NCBI RefSeq assembly: GCF_046119375.1
Contig: NW_027362772.1
Coordinates: forward strand, 160,580,001 to 160,644,000
Length of the DNA stretch: 64,000 bases
Reading direction: 5' to 3'
Origin: Phyllobates terribilis
Lineage: Eukaryota
Below the pieces are notes generated by a model. That model was not told the origin of the DNA. It ran no database searches and worked only from the letters and a program-made list of their open reading frames with translations. A program made the position numbers and the translations under genes. Positions 11,371-23,700 of this stretch are shown one piece after another. Each line of letters opens with the position of its first letter. Positions within the stretch are counted from its first letter, which is position 1.

Positions 11371-11990
11371 GCTTACAGGGAAAGTTAGGTAGAAAGATAA
11401 GCAGTGGTGGTTTTATTAGTTAGTGACATATAGAAATAGGTTAGGATACAGTTAAACTGTTTGGGACCAGCACAGCATGGGAGGAGTAAAAGTCAGATGA
11501 AAAGGGAAAGCACTTCCTGATTTTAGTCAGTCATTGTTAGAGAAAGAAAAAGGAAAGTTTAAGGGCAGTGGGTCGGAGGCATGAGAAGTACCTATTGTTC
11601 TGGCGGTATGGGATCTTGCGTATCTGGAACATCCGGAGCCTAAGGCTCGTGTCAGTGGCTATGGAGAGTGCTGACCACCCTTCCATACAGTGGAAGCCAG
11701 ACTGGGAAACGCATGAGGGGAACGTGGCAGATCTCGTGGATACGGCGGAGCTGAACGGAAAATCCCTGGGGCTGAAGGAGCCAGTAAGCATAGGGATAGT
11801 TCAGGCTCAACAAATGGAAAATATGAAAATGTACTGTGCTATGAACCTAAGCGAAGAAGAAGGTTGTGCCCAATACTGCATGTTGTCATCTATGGAACTT
11901 GGACTGTTAACTAAAGTTGGACTGGTTAATCTGATCCGGGTGTCCCTTAATTTATGTGCGGCTGTTCCTGGATCCGGAAACCTGGAGAGA

Positions 11991-14900
11991 TGTAAGGTGG
12001 AAGACCGGGGTGTAAGTACTTTCAGAGCAAGGGATCCGGAACTGCCAGGGCCGTGCCTTTGGTTTCAGGGGGAAGACAGACTGCGAGCACAGGAGTCAGG
12101 CCGAACATGACCGTGCGAAGACGGCGTTCATATTACCCATGGGACTGTTCGAGTTCAATTGGATGCCCTTCGGCATGACTAACGCCCCCGGGACATTCCA
12201 GCGTCTGATGGAGAGGTGCCTGGGCGATTTAAACTTCGAGGCGACACTGATTTACCTTGACGGCATAATTGTCTATGCCGCCACCTTCGAGGAGCACCTC
12301 CAGCGACTGGAGCAAGTACTGAGTCGCCTACAGAGTCATGGCCTAAAGGTGAAGCCCCAGAAGTGCCACCTGTTCCGCAAACAGATCAAATATCTTGGTC
12401 ATACTGTGTCCGGTGAAGGTGTCAGGCCCACCCAGGAAAAGGTGGCCACCGTACAGGAGTGGCCTACCCCGAACACAGTGAAGGACGTTCGGGCCTTCCT
12501 GGGACTTGCCGGGTACTACCAATGATTCGTGAAGAACTTCACCCGCATAGCCAACCCTTTGCTGGAGCTACTTAAGGGAGTGCCGGCGGGCTTCAAGAAT
12601 CAGGCGATTTGGTGGGGAAGCAGCCAGGAAGAGGTCTTCCGTGCCCTAAAAATGGCCCTGATCGAGGCCCCAATATTGCCTATGCGGATTTCTCCCAACC
12701 CTTCATACTCCACACTGATGGGAGCCTACATGGTCTGGGAGCCGTGTTATCTCAAGTACAGGAGAGTAAAGAGCGCGTGATTGCATACGCCAGTCGCTCC
12801 CTTCACGACTCCAAGAGGAACCCGGATAATTTAATTATAGTCTTTCAAATTAGAGTTGCTGGCTCTGGTTTGGGCAATGACCGAGAAGTTTGCAGAGTAT
12901 TTGTCCGGGTCCGAAGTACTGGTGAGAACAGATAACAATCCGCTGGCCCACCTGGAGAATGCGAAATTGGGGGCCCTGGAGCAGCGGTGGGTGGCCCGAA
13001 TGGCCAGGTACCGGTATAAGATCGCCTACCAGCCTAATGCAGAGAATACTCACGCCGACGCCCTCTCCAGAGTGACATATGAACAGCCTAATCATGACCG
13101 CGATGAAAATTTGGAGGCGGATGAGACCCCTAGCTTCCGAAGTTTCATGGGACCGCTGGCCGCGGCGCAGGGACATATCGGAGAGACGTCGGAAGAACAA
13201 GTGCTAGGGCGGCCAAGAGATGACTGGATCCGACTTCAACAAACTGACAGAGAAGTTGCTCAATTACGTCAATGGGTGGCTTTGCGGCAAGTCCCCAGTC
13301 GAGAAGAGAGGAGTACCTGTCCCCAGGAGCACTGAAGATGCTGGGACAATGGGAGAGACTGTGTTTGCGACACGGGCTGCTGTACCAACGGGTGCAGCTA
13401 CTACGAGAGGTGATTCTGGCAAGTGGTGATTCCAGAGAAGTTGGTCGGAGTAATGGCTAAGGAGGCTCATGAACGAGGGGCTCACTTCGGACCAGCAAAG
13501 ACGTTTCAGTGGTTGCAGAGGCTGGTGTATCATCCCCGACTGCGAGCAACAATAGAAGACACTTGTAGAAGATGTCGGAGCTGTGAGCTGGTTAAGCCCC
13601 CGGAGCAGCGGGTCCCTATACAAACTATTGTGACTTCTGCCCCCTTGGAGGTGCTGATGATCGACTATTTGACTGTTGGCCCGGCGCATCTCAGATATGA
13701 ACATTGCCTGGTAATGACAGACCACTTCACAAAGTTTGCGGTAGTGACCCCGACCAGAGACCAGACCGCCGAGTCCGCTGCGCAGGCCATCTGCCGAGAC
13801 TTCATTCGGGTGTACGGCTGCCCAAAGAGGATTCATTCCGATCAAGGCGCCTGCTTCCAAGGCCAGGTGATAGAAGTGCTGCACCGGTATTACAAGATTG
13901 AGAATTCATGGACTACTCCTTACCCCCCTCAAGGAAATGGGGCCTGTGAATGCTTTAATAGGACACTGATCCAAATGCTTCGCACGTTGGAGGAAGATCG
14001 GAAGGTACGGTGGCCTGAGTTTGTGGCCGAGCTAGTGTGGGTCTACAACAACCGAGTGAATAGTACGACGGGGTTCACTCCTTATACCTTGCTGTTCTGG
14101 CGAAAGGGGCGAGAGATTACCAAGTTAGAGCTGGACCCCGAGGAGGACTACACACGGACGGGGGTGTCTTCCTGGGTCTGGGAACATCGGCATCGACTGC
14201 AGACCCTTCTACGGTTGGTACAAACATCATGAGACATTGCCTCTTCGAGGGACAGCTCTGAGGCCCGGGGAGCGGGTGTTGGTTCGGGACAGGCGGCCCC
14301 GGGGCAAATTGAGTAGGCGGTGGGAACGGACCCTGCACCGAGTGAAACACAGGATTGGCTCTGAAGGACCTGTGTATGAAGTTCAACCCGACGGGGCTGA
14401 AGGAGCCCCTACCAGAGTGGTTCATCATAGTATGCTGCGACCCTGTCCATCTAAAGATGACGAGGATGGAGAAGAATCACCTGCTTCTAGAGAGGGACCT
14501 GTCACAGTTGCCCCTAGCCACGATATGGACGAAGAAGAGTTGTTGATTCAACCTCCAAGCCCCAGCACTTGATTACCTGCAGTCCCCAGTGCAGGCGGCG
14601 AGGGAACAACATCGGTTGAAGCCACTGGGCAGGCGGAGATTGAGAATCCGAGTGACCCTGCACCCCGCATCGGTCAGACTGAGTTACGCCGGTCAGAATG
14701 GACAACAGCAGGAGTGCCTCCTCATGGTTACGAACAAGATCAATTCATATGGTACCGTATCGTCCAGGAAGTCCAAGAATGTGAACGTTTGATTAAGAAA
14801 CTCTTGCCCTTGGAATGGCGAGTTAAAGGAGAGCGGGAGTGTAAGGAGGAAGACCGGGGTGTAAGTACTTTCAGAGCAAGGGATCCGGAACTGCCGGGGC

Positions 14901-15580
14901 CGTGCCTCTGGTTGCAGGGGGAAGACAGACTGCGAGCACAGAAGTCAGGTGACTGGGAAGCTGGGGGCGTGTCCAGAGTGAGAGCTGGGAGGTCAGGTGA
15001 CCGGGAGACTGGTGGCGTGGGGAGAGAGAGGAAGAGACGAGGACGTTTGCGCAGGAAAGCGGAGCTGGGTCCTGCTCAGCAGAGCAGTGTGAGAGGGTCC
15101 AGGCTCCTGGCTCCAGGACTGGGAGCAAGAGCTGAGTGCAGTGGACCGGAGGAGTCAAGCCGACTAGAGAAGAGACGCAGGGTCGGTGAAGCCGGGCACG
15201 TGAGGTGCCGTGTTATGAAGTAGGGGCTCAGAGGGTAAAACCGGAGATCGCCCACTGCCGCCAGAAGACAGAGCATTGTTTGGGCGGGGAAGCCTGAAGA
15301 AATCAACACCGGCCTCAGCTGGCAACTGCCTTGTGGAGGAAAAGAGTCAGCTAAGCGTAAAAACTGTCGTTTACAACCGGTTCGACTCTGCTATATCTAG
15401 TTAAACTGTGAACTGTCAGTTAAAGACTTTTACCTGCTACTTCCCTTGTTTTCCCCCATATTTTTCCCCTTACTCCCTGCATGGAGATTGACCCTGTTAT
15501 TATAAACTTCCCCTGTTTATTAACCCTGTATTGGCCGCTCTGTGTTTCTGTATCGCTGCATCTAAAGTACCCGTGTTACA
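11991..15580 (+). mobile_element. Ty3/Gypsy LTR retrotransposon lacking gag-PR; decayed RT-RNaseH-integrase
   Basis: 5' LTR remnant 11991-12100 fused to RT (KTAF...MPFG...YLDG, catalytic YLDD altered). RNaseH TDNNPL...ADALSR; integrase HHCC and D,D,E (IDYL, SDQG, ECFNRTL). PPT 14825-14839, 3' LTR 14840-15580 (TGTAA...TTACA), 4-bp TSD GAGA. Stops and frameshifts present. Confidence 0.95.
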
Positions 15581-17592
15581 GAGAGCTGAGGCCTGCAGCC
15601 AAAACGTGAGTGCTCTGCACCACACACACAGCACATATGGACTGGGGCACGTTTTATCTGTGAGAGGCCAGGGTGACGTTGGGCCAGGGTCCCTGTGCTT
15701 GTAAGAAAGTCCTTACTAGGAGCTGAAAGAGCCTTGGAAAACAGTGTAGATAATTCTTCAAAGCAGAGAATGAAGTTTATTCAGAGGTACACGGCAGAAC
15801 AGTTCAGAATGCAGGCAGGGAAAATACACTTGACACTCGCAGGTGTCTAGGTAAGCAAAACAGCATTGAGATATCTGGCCATGGTCTGGCCATGGTGTGG
15901 CTTCAGTCTGGTGATGGTGTGGCCTTGGCGGTGGACCGCCTGTAGACTGGAGATGGAATGGCGATGGAATGGCCCCGAACAACAGTATCAGAGCCTTTTT
16001 ATGCATAGCTTAAACAAAGGAATTACATATTGCGGCAAAAGGCGTATACATGATAACAGCATACTGCAGGGAGGACGTGCATTTTAGAACAACAATGTGA
16101 TAATGCAAAATGACAATATTCATGAGTATTTTTACCAAACTCCATTAAATCCATAAATCCCCATGTCCTTACTTAAGAAATGACATATTGACGACTATAT
16201 TGTCCTAATTTCTATACCACAATTACAATAACATTATTTACTACCCTATAACACCACTTATTTACTCTCACATTGACCTGCAGCTGCTGCTATTAACCTT
16301 TGTGTATACCACTATACCTGCTAATGGCAGTGACATCATTTTAACGCTTCATTGTGATTAGGACATGTGTAGGACATGCATCTCATTAGCTGCAAAACTC
16401 TTTACTCAAACTTCTGAACAAGATGGCTGCTAGGTTTAACATGGCTGCTCAGAATATTAGGACTTCTCATTCTCTTACAGTGCTTCTTCAATGCTGCAAG
16501 GGAAAGGTACCTCTCCTTGCAGCATGGAATCAGGCCAGCATAGTGCCACCACTGCTGCTGGTCAAAACTGTAAATATTCAGGAGTGCACCACATGGTGCA
16601 AGTGGGAGGCTGGGAAGTGGTGTGCTCCTGAAGATAGGAACATGGGACAAGTCCTTTAAATATCCAATCTAGAATAAGACTGTAACATAGCAAAATATGG
16701 AGACAGTACAGTCATGTGAATACTTTCTAAATGCCTTGTACTAAACATTTTTGTTGATATGGTGTCATACCTCCCAACTGTCCAGGATCCACCAAAACAT
16801 TCACGGATTTAGGGAGCTGTCCTGTTGTCCCTAGAGGTTGATAGTATGTTCTGGTTTCAACTGTATCTCCATCTTGAGAACATAGAGATGGAGCATAGAG
16901 CCGTCAGCTCCGCGCTCCACCATCCAACCTGTAGGTTCCACCTGAGGATCAGCGCAGCAGGAGTGATAACATTAATGAAACTACTTAGTTATGGAGTTAT
17001 GACATTGATTTCTCCCAGATATGTGAGGTGATTTTTCACTATCATCATAACCAAGGGTGGCCAATTGCTTGGACCCTTTCTAGTTCTCGATTGAAGAAGC
17101 TCTTGGATTTTGGCCAAACATCCACCTGGAGGTGGTCCAAGCAAGCAACATGACAATGAGATTCACAAAAAGGCACCTACCACATGGATGGAGGCTTTGA
17201 TGAGTCTGAGTGGTCATCGATAGAAGAAGAAGAATAAAAAACCAAGGGAGAAAAAGTTGAGAACAAAGATTGGATCAAAAACAGGTGCGCAGGTTTAGAG
17301 GGATTTGTAGGGCAGGTAATGGAGCACAGTGTAGGCTATTCTTACATGAGGAGATGAGTTTCTTACTCTTTGAACTCAATTTTGGCTATAAAGACAGATA
17401 GTAACACTTCATCTGCACAGTAGCATCAGTTTATGGGCCGTGACCAGCTTAACACTATGGTGGCCTATCAATGGATGTGTTTATTGGGGTTGACGTATTC
17501 GGGAGTTTAACATATGCCATCCCGAATTTATGGTTAATTGCTAAACATTTGCAGGATAAGCAGTAAAAATAATTTACAATAATTTTAGTACT

Positions 17593-17618
17593 TTTATTTA
17601 AATTCAATTTTTTTTATT
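17593..17618 (-). terminator. DHDH copy B polyadenylation signals
   Basis: Two AATAAA hexamers on the minus strand (17618-17613 and 17598-17593), 38-63 nt after the stop codon. Confidence 0.6.
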
Positions 17619-17655
17619 AAACATTTATCTTGTGAACCTATGAAGTGTACAAGGA

Positions 17656-17765
17656 TCAGACTTTGTCTTGGGGAAATTGGACTCCAAGTTGTTTGCGAAT
17701 CTCTTCCATTATGGTGGCCAGAAGTTCACTATCAGCCAAGGTCATTAGTGGACTTTCCTTTAATC
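17656..17765 (-). CDS. DHDH: DHDH copy B exon 7 (terminal)
   Basis: gtttcag|(G)[38 protein letters not shown]; preceding intron is 82 nt. Confidence 0.94.
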
Positions 17766-20700
17766 CTGAAACAGCAGAAGAAGTCATTAGAGCCGAGAAT
17801 ATCGGACTTATCCGTGGAATGTATAGACGCATGGTCATGGGTGTTACCTTTGATCAAACACTGGCGTACATGTTCAGCTTCATAGCTTAGTCCTGTGCTG
17901 TTTGTAAAGTGCATGGCTTTCGTAGACTGCGGGAGAGGATATTTGGTATCTTTCCCATTTATGATTACTGTCGTCGGACACCACATGCATGAGGGAACCT
18001 GAGGAGACCATACATTGAGATATGAACTCAGTACCTCCATCGTGACTTCCAAAAAGCCTTCATTCAATTTTGACAGCAAAAGTGGCACCATCACGACTTT
18101 TGTGAAGACTTCAATCACTTTTGGCAACATTAGTAACAAAGCATGCACCTCTATTCTATCTGGAAACATCAAATCTGCTTCAACAGACCCCATTATAGTT
18201 TACAGGGGTCTGTCGGGAATCATTTTAAGCCATCTTACAAAATATCCAGCAAAGTGATAAGGCTTTTGTTATGAGCAGGTGTAACCAAAATCTTAAGGTG
18301 CCTAGTTGGCCGAGTGCTCAATCTGCCAACAGTCTTCTCTCCTGACTGCCCCATATATGTAAACCAAGAATGCATGTGTTTTCAATGGGCTCAGAGAAGT
18401 TACCTACTTCTAGATATCTCTAGTCTTGGATTATCTCATGGGAAAACAAAAGGATCTGCATTGTAGTTCAACATGCCTGATCCTTCTCTTCGTGACGTCA
18501 TCTATGTAGCGAGAATCGGTTGAGCCTCATTGATAAGGACTCTTCCACAACAAACCTTTCTTGTACTTTACTTTTCTTTTCAGACCTGGTTTTAAAGACA
18601 GATCTTCATCTGATCTCATGGACACCTTTACCAAGAGCTAGGAGCCTCAAGTCCAGCACAAGTTCAGCCGGCACAAGTGCAGCCACTCTTCCTAAAAATT
18701 AATGGGACTCTAACTTCCCGACCCTTCTGCCCAGTAATAATAGAGGTTCCAAAAAAATAGTCTTGACCTATTATATGTTTATCATTCATCTTGTTGATGG
18801 GTCTTTAGTGTTAAAAAAAAAAGTTATTTTAGGGCAACTCATTTAAAGTTAAGAGATAGGCAAACCCTATGGAGGCACCATGGGACTGTGAAATTCTAAG
18901 AAACATTAATTCATTTTTCTCATATGAACACATTACATCTGAATCAACGACAGAGGCAATACCTGAATCATGCCCGTAGAACCACAAATGGCAGCCTGGT
19001 TTGGCATCCCAACCATCATAGTGCAGGTGAGGATGGCTTGTCTTTTACCGGGGTACTGCAGAATAATAGTCACAGTTTCATCAACCCCTAAAATATAAGA
19101 AGCAATAAGCGACAATTGTAGTTTTTGTGTTGTTTTTAAATTAATTCTTGTTCTATCCAGACATACCAGTCTCATATAGAAAGCCTTTAGCGGTCACAGA
19201 TTCTGGCTTTTCGCCATTGAATACCATCAACGCAAACTGGAGACAGTAACAGCCAATGTCCAGGAGAGCTCCACCGCCCAGCTCCTTCTGCGCCGCCCGG
19301 GGAACATGATATTGGTTGGAGCCAAATTCTGCCCGTACGACTTTGATATCCCCTATGGCCTTCTGAGATAGAAGAGTGCGGATCTGCTCATACACAGGAA
19401 AGAAGCGACTCCACATTGCCTAAGGTGCAAATAGGAAATTATGGAAATTACTAGTTGTCCTCTGCAGCCAAGTTGCCCCAGTTTCGATATCCATGCATTC
19501 ATAACATCTCATGTCGTAGTAAGTCAAAGGATTAAATAAAGCAACTATGAAGAACCCAGCTCAGTGTGTGAGGGGTGTGGGGAAAAGTGAACGATGTTGG
19601 GGAAATGGTATATTGAAGTTTTTGACTGAACTAGGTCAAGTTGACCAGCGCTTGTTCAAAGGTCCTTGTATATGGGCCAATGCAAACTCTACTGGAATGA
19701 GCAATAGTTAATATAATAGTCCTGTCCAACAAGAATTCATTTTTATTTTGCAATCAAAGATCTGATCATCGTTTGCTCTCTAATCAGCTGATTACTGCCA
19801 TGCTTACATGGGTCAGTGATCAGGAACGAGTGTTCGGCTGATGATTAGTCTTAAAGATTCTAAAGGGAGAACTTCCTTAAGATGCCTTTTCAGACAGGTT
19901 CTACATAGAACTTGCCTGAAAAAGCGCTAAAAAACTGCTACAAAGAATGAAAATAATGCCCAGCAATATCAAACAACAATAGCTGAAATTGACTATAGTG
20001 TGGGTGTCTGAAACGTGCAAATTATGCCGGTAGTACACCTTAAATCTTTGTCAGCTGAACTCGCTGATTTTGACAGAACTGGACCACCATCCATTGTGTA
20101 AGGTCTCCTTACTCTCCGCCTATCGCAGATGACAGGAAAGATAAGGATTTGGCAGGAGACCCACGGTCACTAGAAGTCAGAGTCTAGAAACATAAGCTGG
20201 CCGTACATGCTAGATAGTTGGCAGACAAACATCTATTTCTCACAGCTCCCCTTTACACAGGAACGCTCTTATCGGCCATACGTTCATGTGTTCACTATGA
20301 AAGAGCCGCTTTCAGAGTCATCCGGCAGCAGTGTGGCTTATCCAGGGGCGGACACTGACAACTTGGGGCCCCTGTGCAAGAAATGTGTCTGGGCCCCCCA
20401 CCTTTTATGGCGATAAAGCTACAGATGTATATATAGCCACACACACACATATATATCTCTTACATAGCCTCCTTTATTATGTATACTGCCTTCCCTTATT
20501 ACACAGTGTCTTCCCTTGTTTAACACCGTCCCTTACATATTGGATTATTTATAGCGCCCTGTTCATTATTACCTACCGTCCTCTCTTGTTAGATATATAA
20601 TGCAATGATGGCTGATGGAACAAGGGAAAGCTTCTTTTCTGATGGAGGAGCTGATGGACTGATCTTTTGGTCACCGGCTTCTCCATCAGCAGCCATTTTA

Positions 20701-23700
20701 TATCTAACAAGAGACGACTATGTAATAAAAGAGGGCGCTGTGACTGACAAAAATAACAAGAATACATTATGTAAGGGAGAGTGTGGCACCCCAGGGGGTC
20801 TGGTTGCCACAGTGGTAGAAATACCATGTCTGAGAGCGAGCATGGGTTTTCCTGGTCAGGAGCATTATTGCATACAACGCCTCCTGCCCCAGTTCAGGGA
20901 GGGGAGGAACCTGCCCTTTATAAACTGGATCTGGGGCGGGGTTAGTTAGTTAGTTCCAGAGCAAGGGACAGAGCAGCAGCAAGGAGCTCTGTAGGAGACA
21001 GGAGCTGAAGGCCAGGGATTGGAGCTGATAGAGCTCATCCTGGCAGAAGACGCAGAGAACCGGACACCGGAGTCCGAGGCTGTGAGGATATCCACATCCA
21101 GCAGCAGAAACCACCTGGCAGGGGATTTCAGGTCCTCTGGCCATAGAAAGCCCGGAGGCTCAGTCACACGCAAGGGACCGGTACCGCCATCGAGGAGCCG
21201 AAGGTACCAAAGGCCCCAAGTCACCAGCCATACGGGTCAGCACCACACGGTACACTCAGGGACGTGGGCTACTACACGACTACAGCAGGGTAGCCAGAAA
21301 GAGTGCAGACAGACGGGAAGGCCTACACCTCCACCTGGCCAGGGGGACTCTTGTTCGCTCACAGACTGACCAGGCCTCTAATGTTAGCCAGTACTCCCGG
21401 CAGGGCCTTCTTCATTACCCACAGTAAAGACCCTGAACTGCACTGCACGGACTCTGAGTCATTTCTGCTGCGCCCATGCACCACAACCCTCACCATTTAC
21501 ACACGCTGCCCTGAGGCTATACTCCTGCCATGGGGAGTTATACTACCCTCTGCTGCGCACCCAACATCAGCCTCAGCGGTCTGCCCCGCAGCGGCGGTTC
21601 TCAGTGATCGCAATCCACGGGTGGCGTAGTCGGACATTTCAACATTAAAAACCGAGTAAACAGATCCGCCACTGGTTTGACCACCCTGAGCCACGGGACC
21701 GGGTCGCCGCCACGAAGACTACAACCCCCAGCATTACACAGAGACCCTGCTCCGGGTATTCCCCCACACACAGCCCAGGGGGCGCGTCAAGAGCACTGTA
21801 CATAACAGCAGAGGAAGCTATATAAGAGACGGCACCATATATAACTAGAGAGGATGGTACGTAATCAGGGACAGGATGGGACATAATAAAAGAGGAAACT
21901 ATATAACTAAGGATGGCACTATACATAATAAGTGAGTACACTATTTACTAAGGGACTATACTATACATAATAAGGCTACATTCCTGTGTCCGTGTGCAGT
22001 GTCGGTGTGCTGCCTGCTTTTACAGACGCATTGAGCATGTTCTATTCTAATCCTCAAAATCAGATCAGAACAGGACATTCTCTGACCCTCACAGATCTCA
22101 TTCTTAGATCCGTAATTTTCATGGATGTGTGAATGGATCTGTGACACCCCAGGGGTCCGGTTGCCACAGTGGCTTTGCCTCCCTAAAAAGAGGTAATGCC
22201 ATGCCTGGAAGCAAGCAGGGATCCCCTAGTCAGGGATACTAAACATGCAACAATTTCCTGGCTCCAGACCAGCAAGGGGAGTCCCCTCCCCTTGGCAACT
22301 GGGATCTGGGGGCGGGGTTAGTTAGTCTTAGTGTGAGGAGTTGAGTTTAGGACATGGAGGAGACAAGAGCTAGGGACTGGAGCTGAGGTAGCTCGTCCTA
22401 GCTAGAGAAACACAGAGGACCGGACACCGGAGTCCGAGGCTGTGGGGCACTGAAGGCCAGCAGCAGATACCGTAGGGCTGGAGATTGCAGGTCTCCTGGC
22501 CCCATCAGATGCCCGGAGGCTCAGCAGCACAGAGGGACCAGCTCCGCTACGGGGGAGCAACGCATGAGTAAGGCCCGAGCTGCCAGCCATACGGGTGAGC
22601 ACAGAACGTTACACTCAGGGACTTGGGCTATAGCACAGCTACAACCAGCAAAGCCAAAGAGTATAGTGAGAAGGGGAGGCCTACAACTTCACCTGGCAAG
22701 GAGGACTCTATGTTTGCTTCCAGGCTGACCGGACTCTTACCTCTAGCCAGTACCCCAGTCCAGGCTTGTCTAATTGTCATCAGTAAAGACCCTGGGACTG
22801 CACTATACTGACTCTGTGGTTATTACTGCACTACGACACCCTGCACAACCACCAACATCCACACCCTGCCCTGAAGCTAACTCTTCCTGTGGGGAGTTAT
22901 AACATCCTTGCTGAAATACCACCAGCTTCAGAGGACTGTTCCGCAGCGGCGCCGCCCCCCCCCCCCCTTTAGCCGCATTCCACAGGTGGCGTAGTCGGAC
23001 TCTTTAATAAAACCTATACATATAATCTCCCTTGGATTGACCGCCCTGGGTCACGGACCGGGTTACCGCCACTGTGACTACAACCCCCAGCATCTACCGG
23101 CCCGGCACCGGGTACCCCACGGCCCAGGGTGCGCGTCAGATCTATAAAACTCTACGAGTCCGTGGACCATCCGATAAAAAAATCTGGCAGCACACAGACA
23201 TTTCACACAAATGTGAGAATGCAGTCTAAGGGATTTTACAGATAACATTATCACTCCAAGTCACACAGTGCCGATACAGAATAATATCTACATCCAGGCA
23301 CTTACCGCTGAAGTCTCATCTGATCAGAGTCAGTTTCTGCTGCTTCTTCTCCATCTGGTCAGCTCTTCATGTCCACATCTCCCAGCCACGACTCGTCTTG
23401 TCACGATGATCTCCAGCCTAGAAAAAAACAAGGTCACATATATTGTATACATATATGTGTCTCCCTCACACTGCGCTCCTGAATATAGATATGTACCCCC
23501 CATTAACATACTATTAGCCACTTAGTAATCAAAATATAAAGTGATAAGCTGCACTGTGCCCCCCATTTACTATAATCTCCGCTGCCCAATAATATAAATT
23601 ATTCAGTCTCTGTGACTCTCCCCAATTAACTGTAAGACTATGTGCACACGGAAAATATACAAGGCTTTACAGTACAAAGTGAAACCCCCATCATTGCTCT

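Noticed and set aside
11568-12110. 180-aa plus-strand ORF
   Set aside because: Its 3' end is Gypsy LTR sequence and the rest has no splice or homology support; at most a decayed LINE 3' remnant.
13264-15309. Antisense and LTR-derived ORFs over the Gypsy element (and 39805-40104, 44173-44472 over the Tc1 copies)
   Set aside because: Shadow frames of transposon coding sequence or LTR sequence.
15745-16143. Possible ERV-like solo LTR on the minus strand (TATA-like and AATAAA motifs)
   Set aside because: I could not fix both termini with a convincing TSD.
20782-23138. The two ~1-kb LTRs as the ends of one TRIM-like element
   Set aside because: Each has its own distinct 4-bp TSD (AGAG and GATC), and the second interrupts a different MITE.
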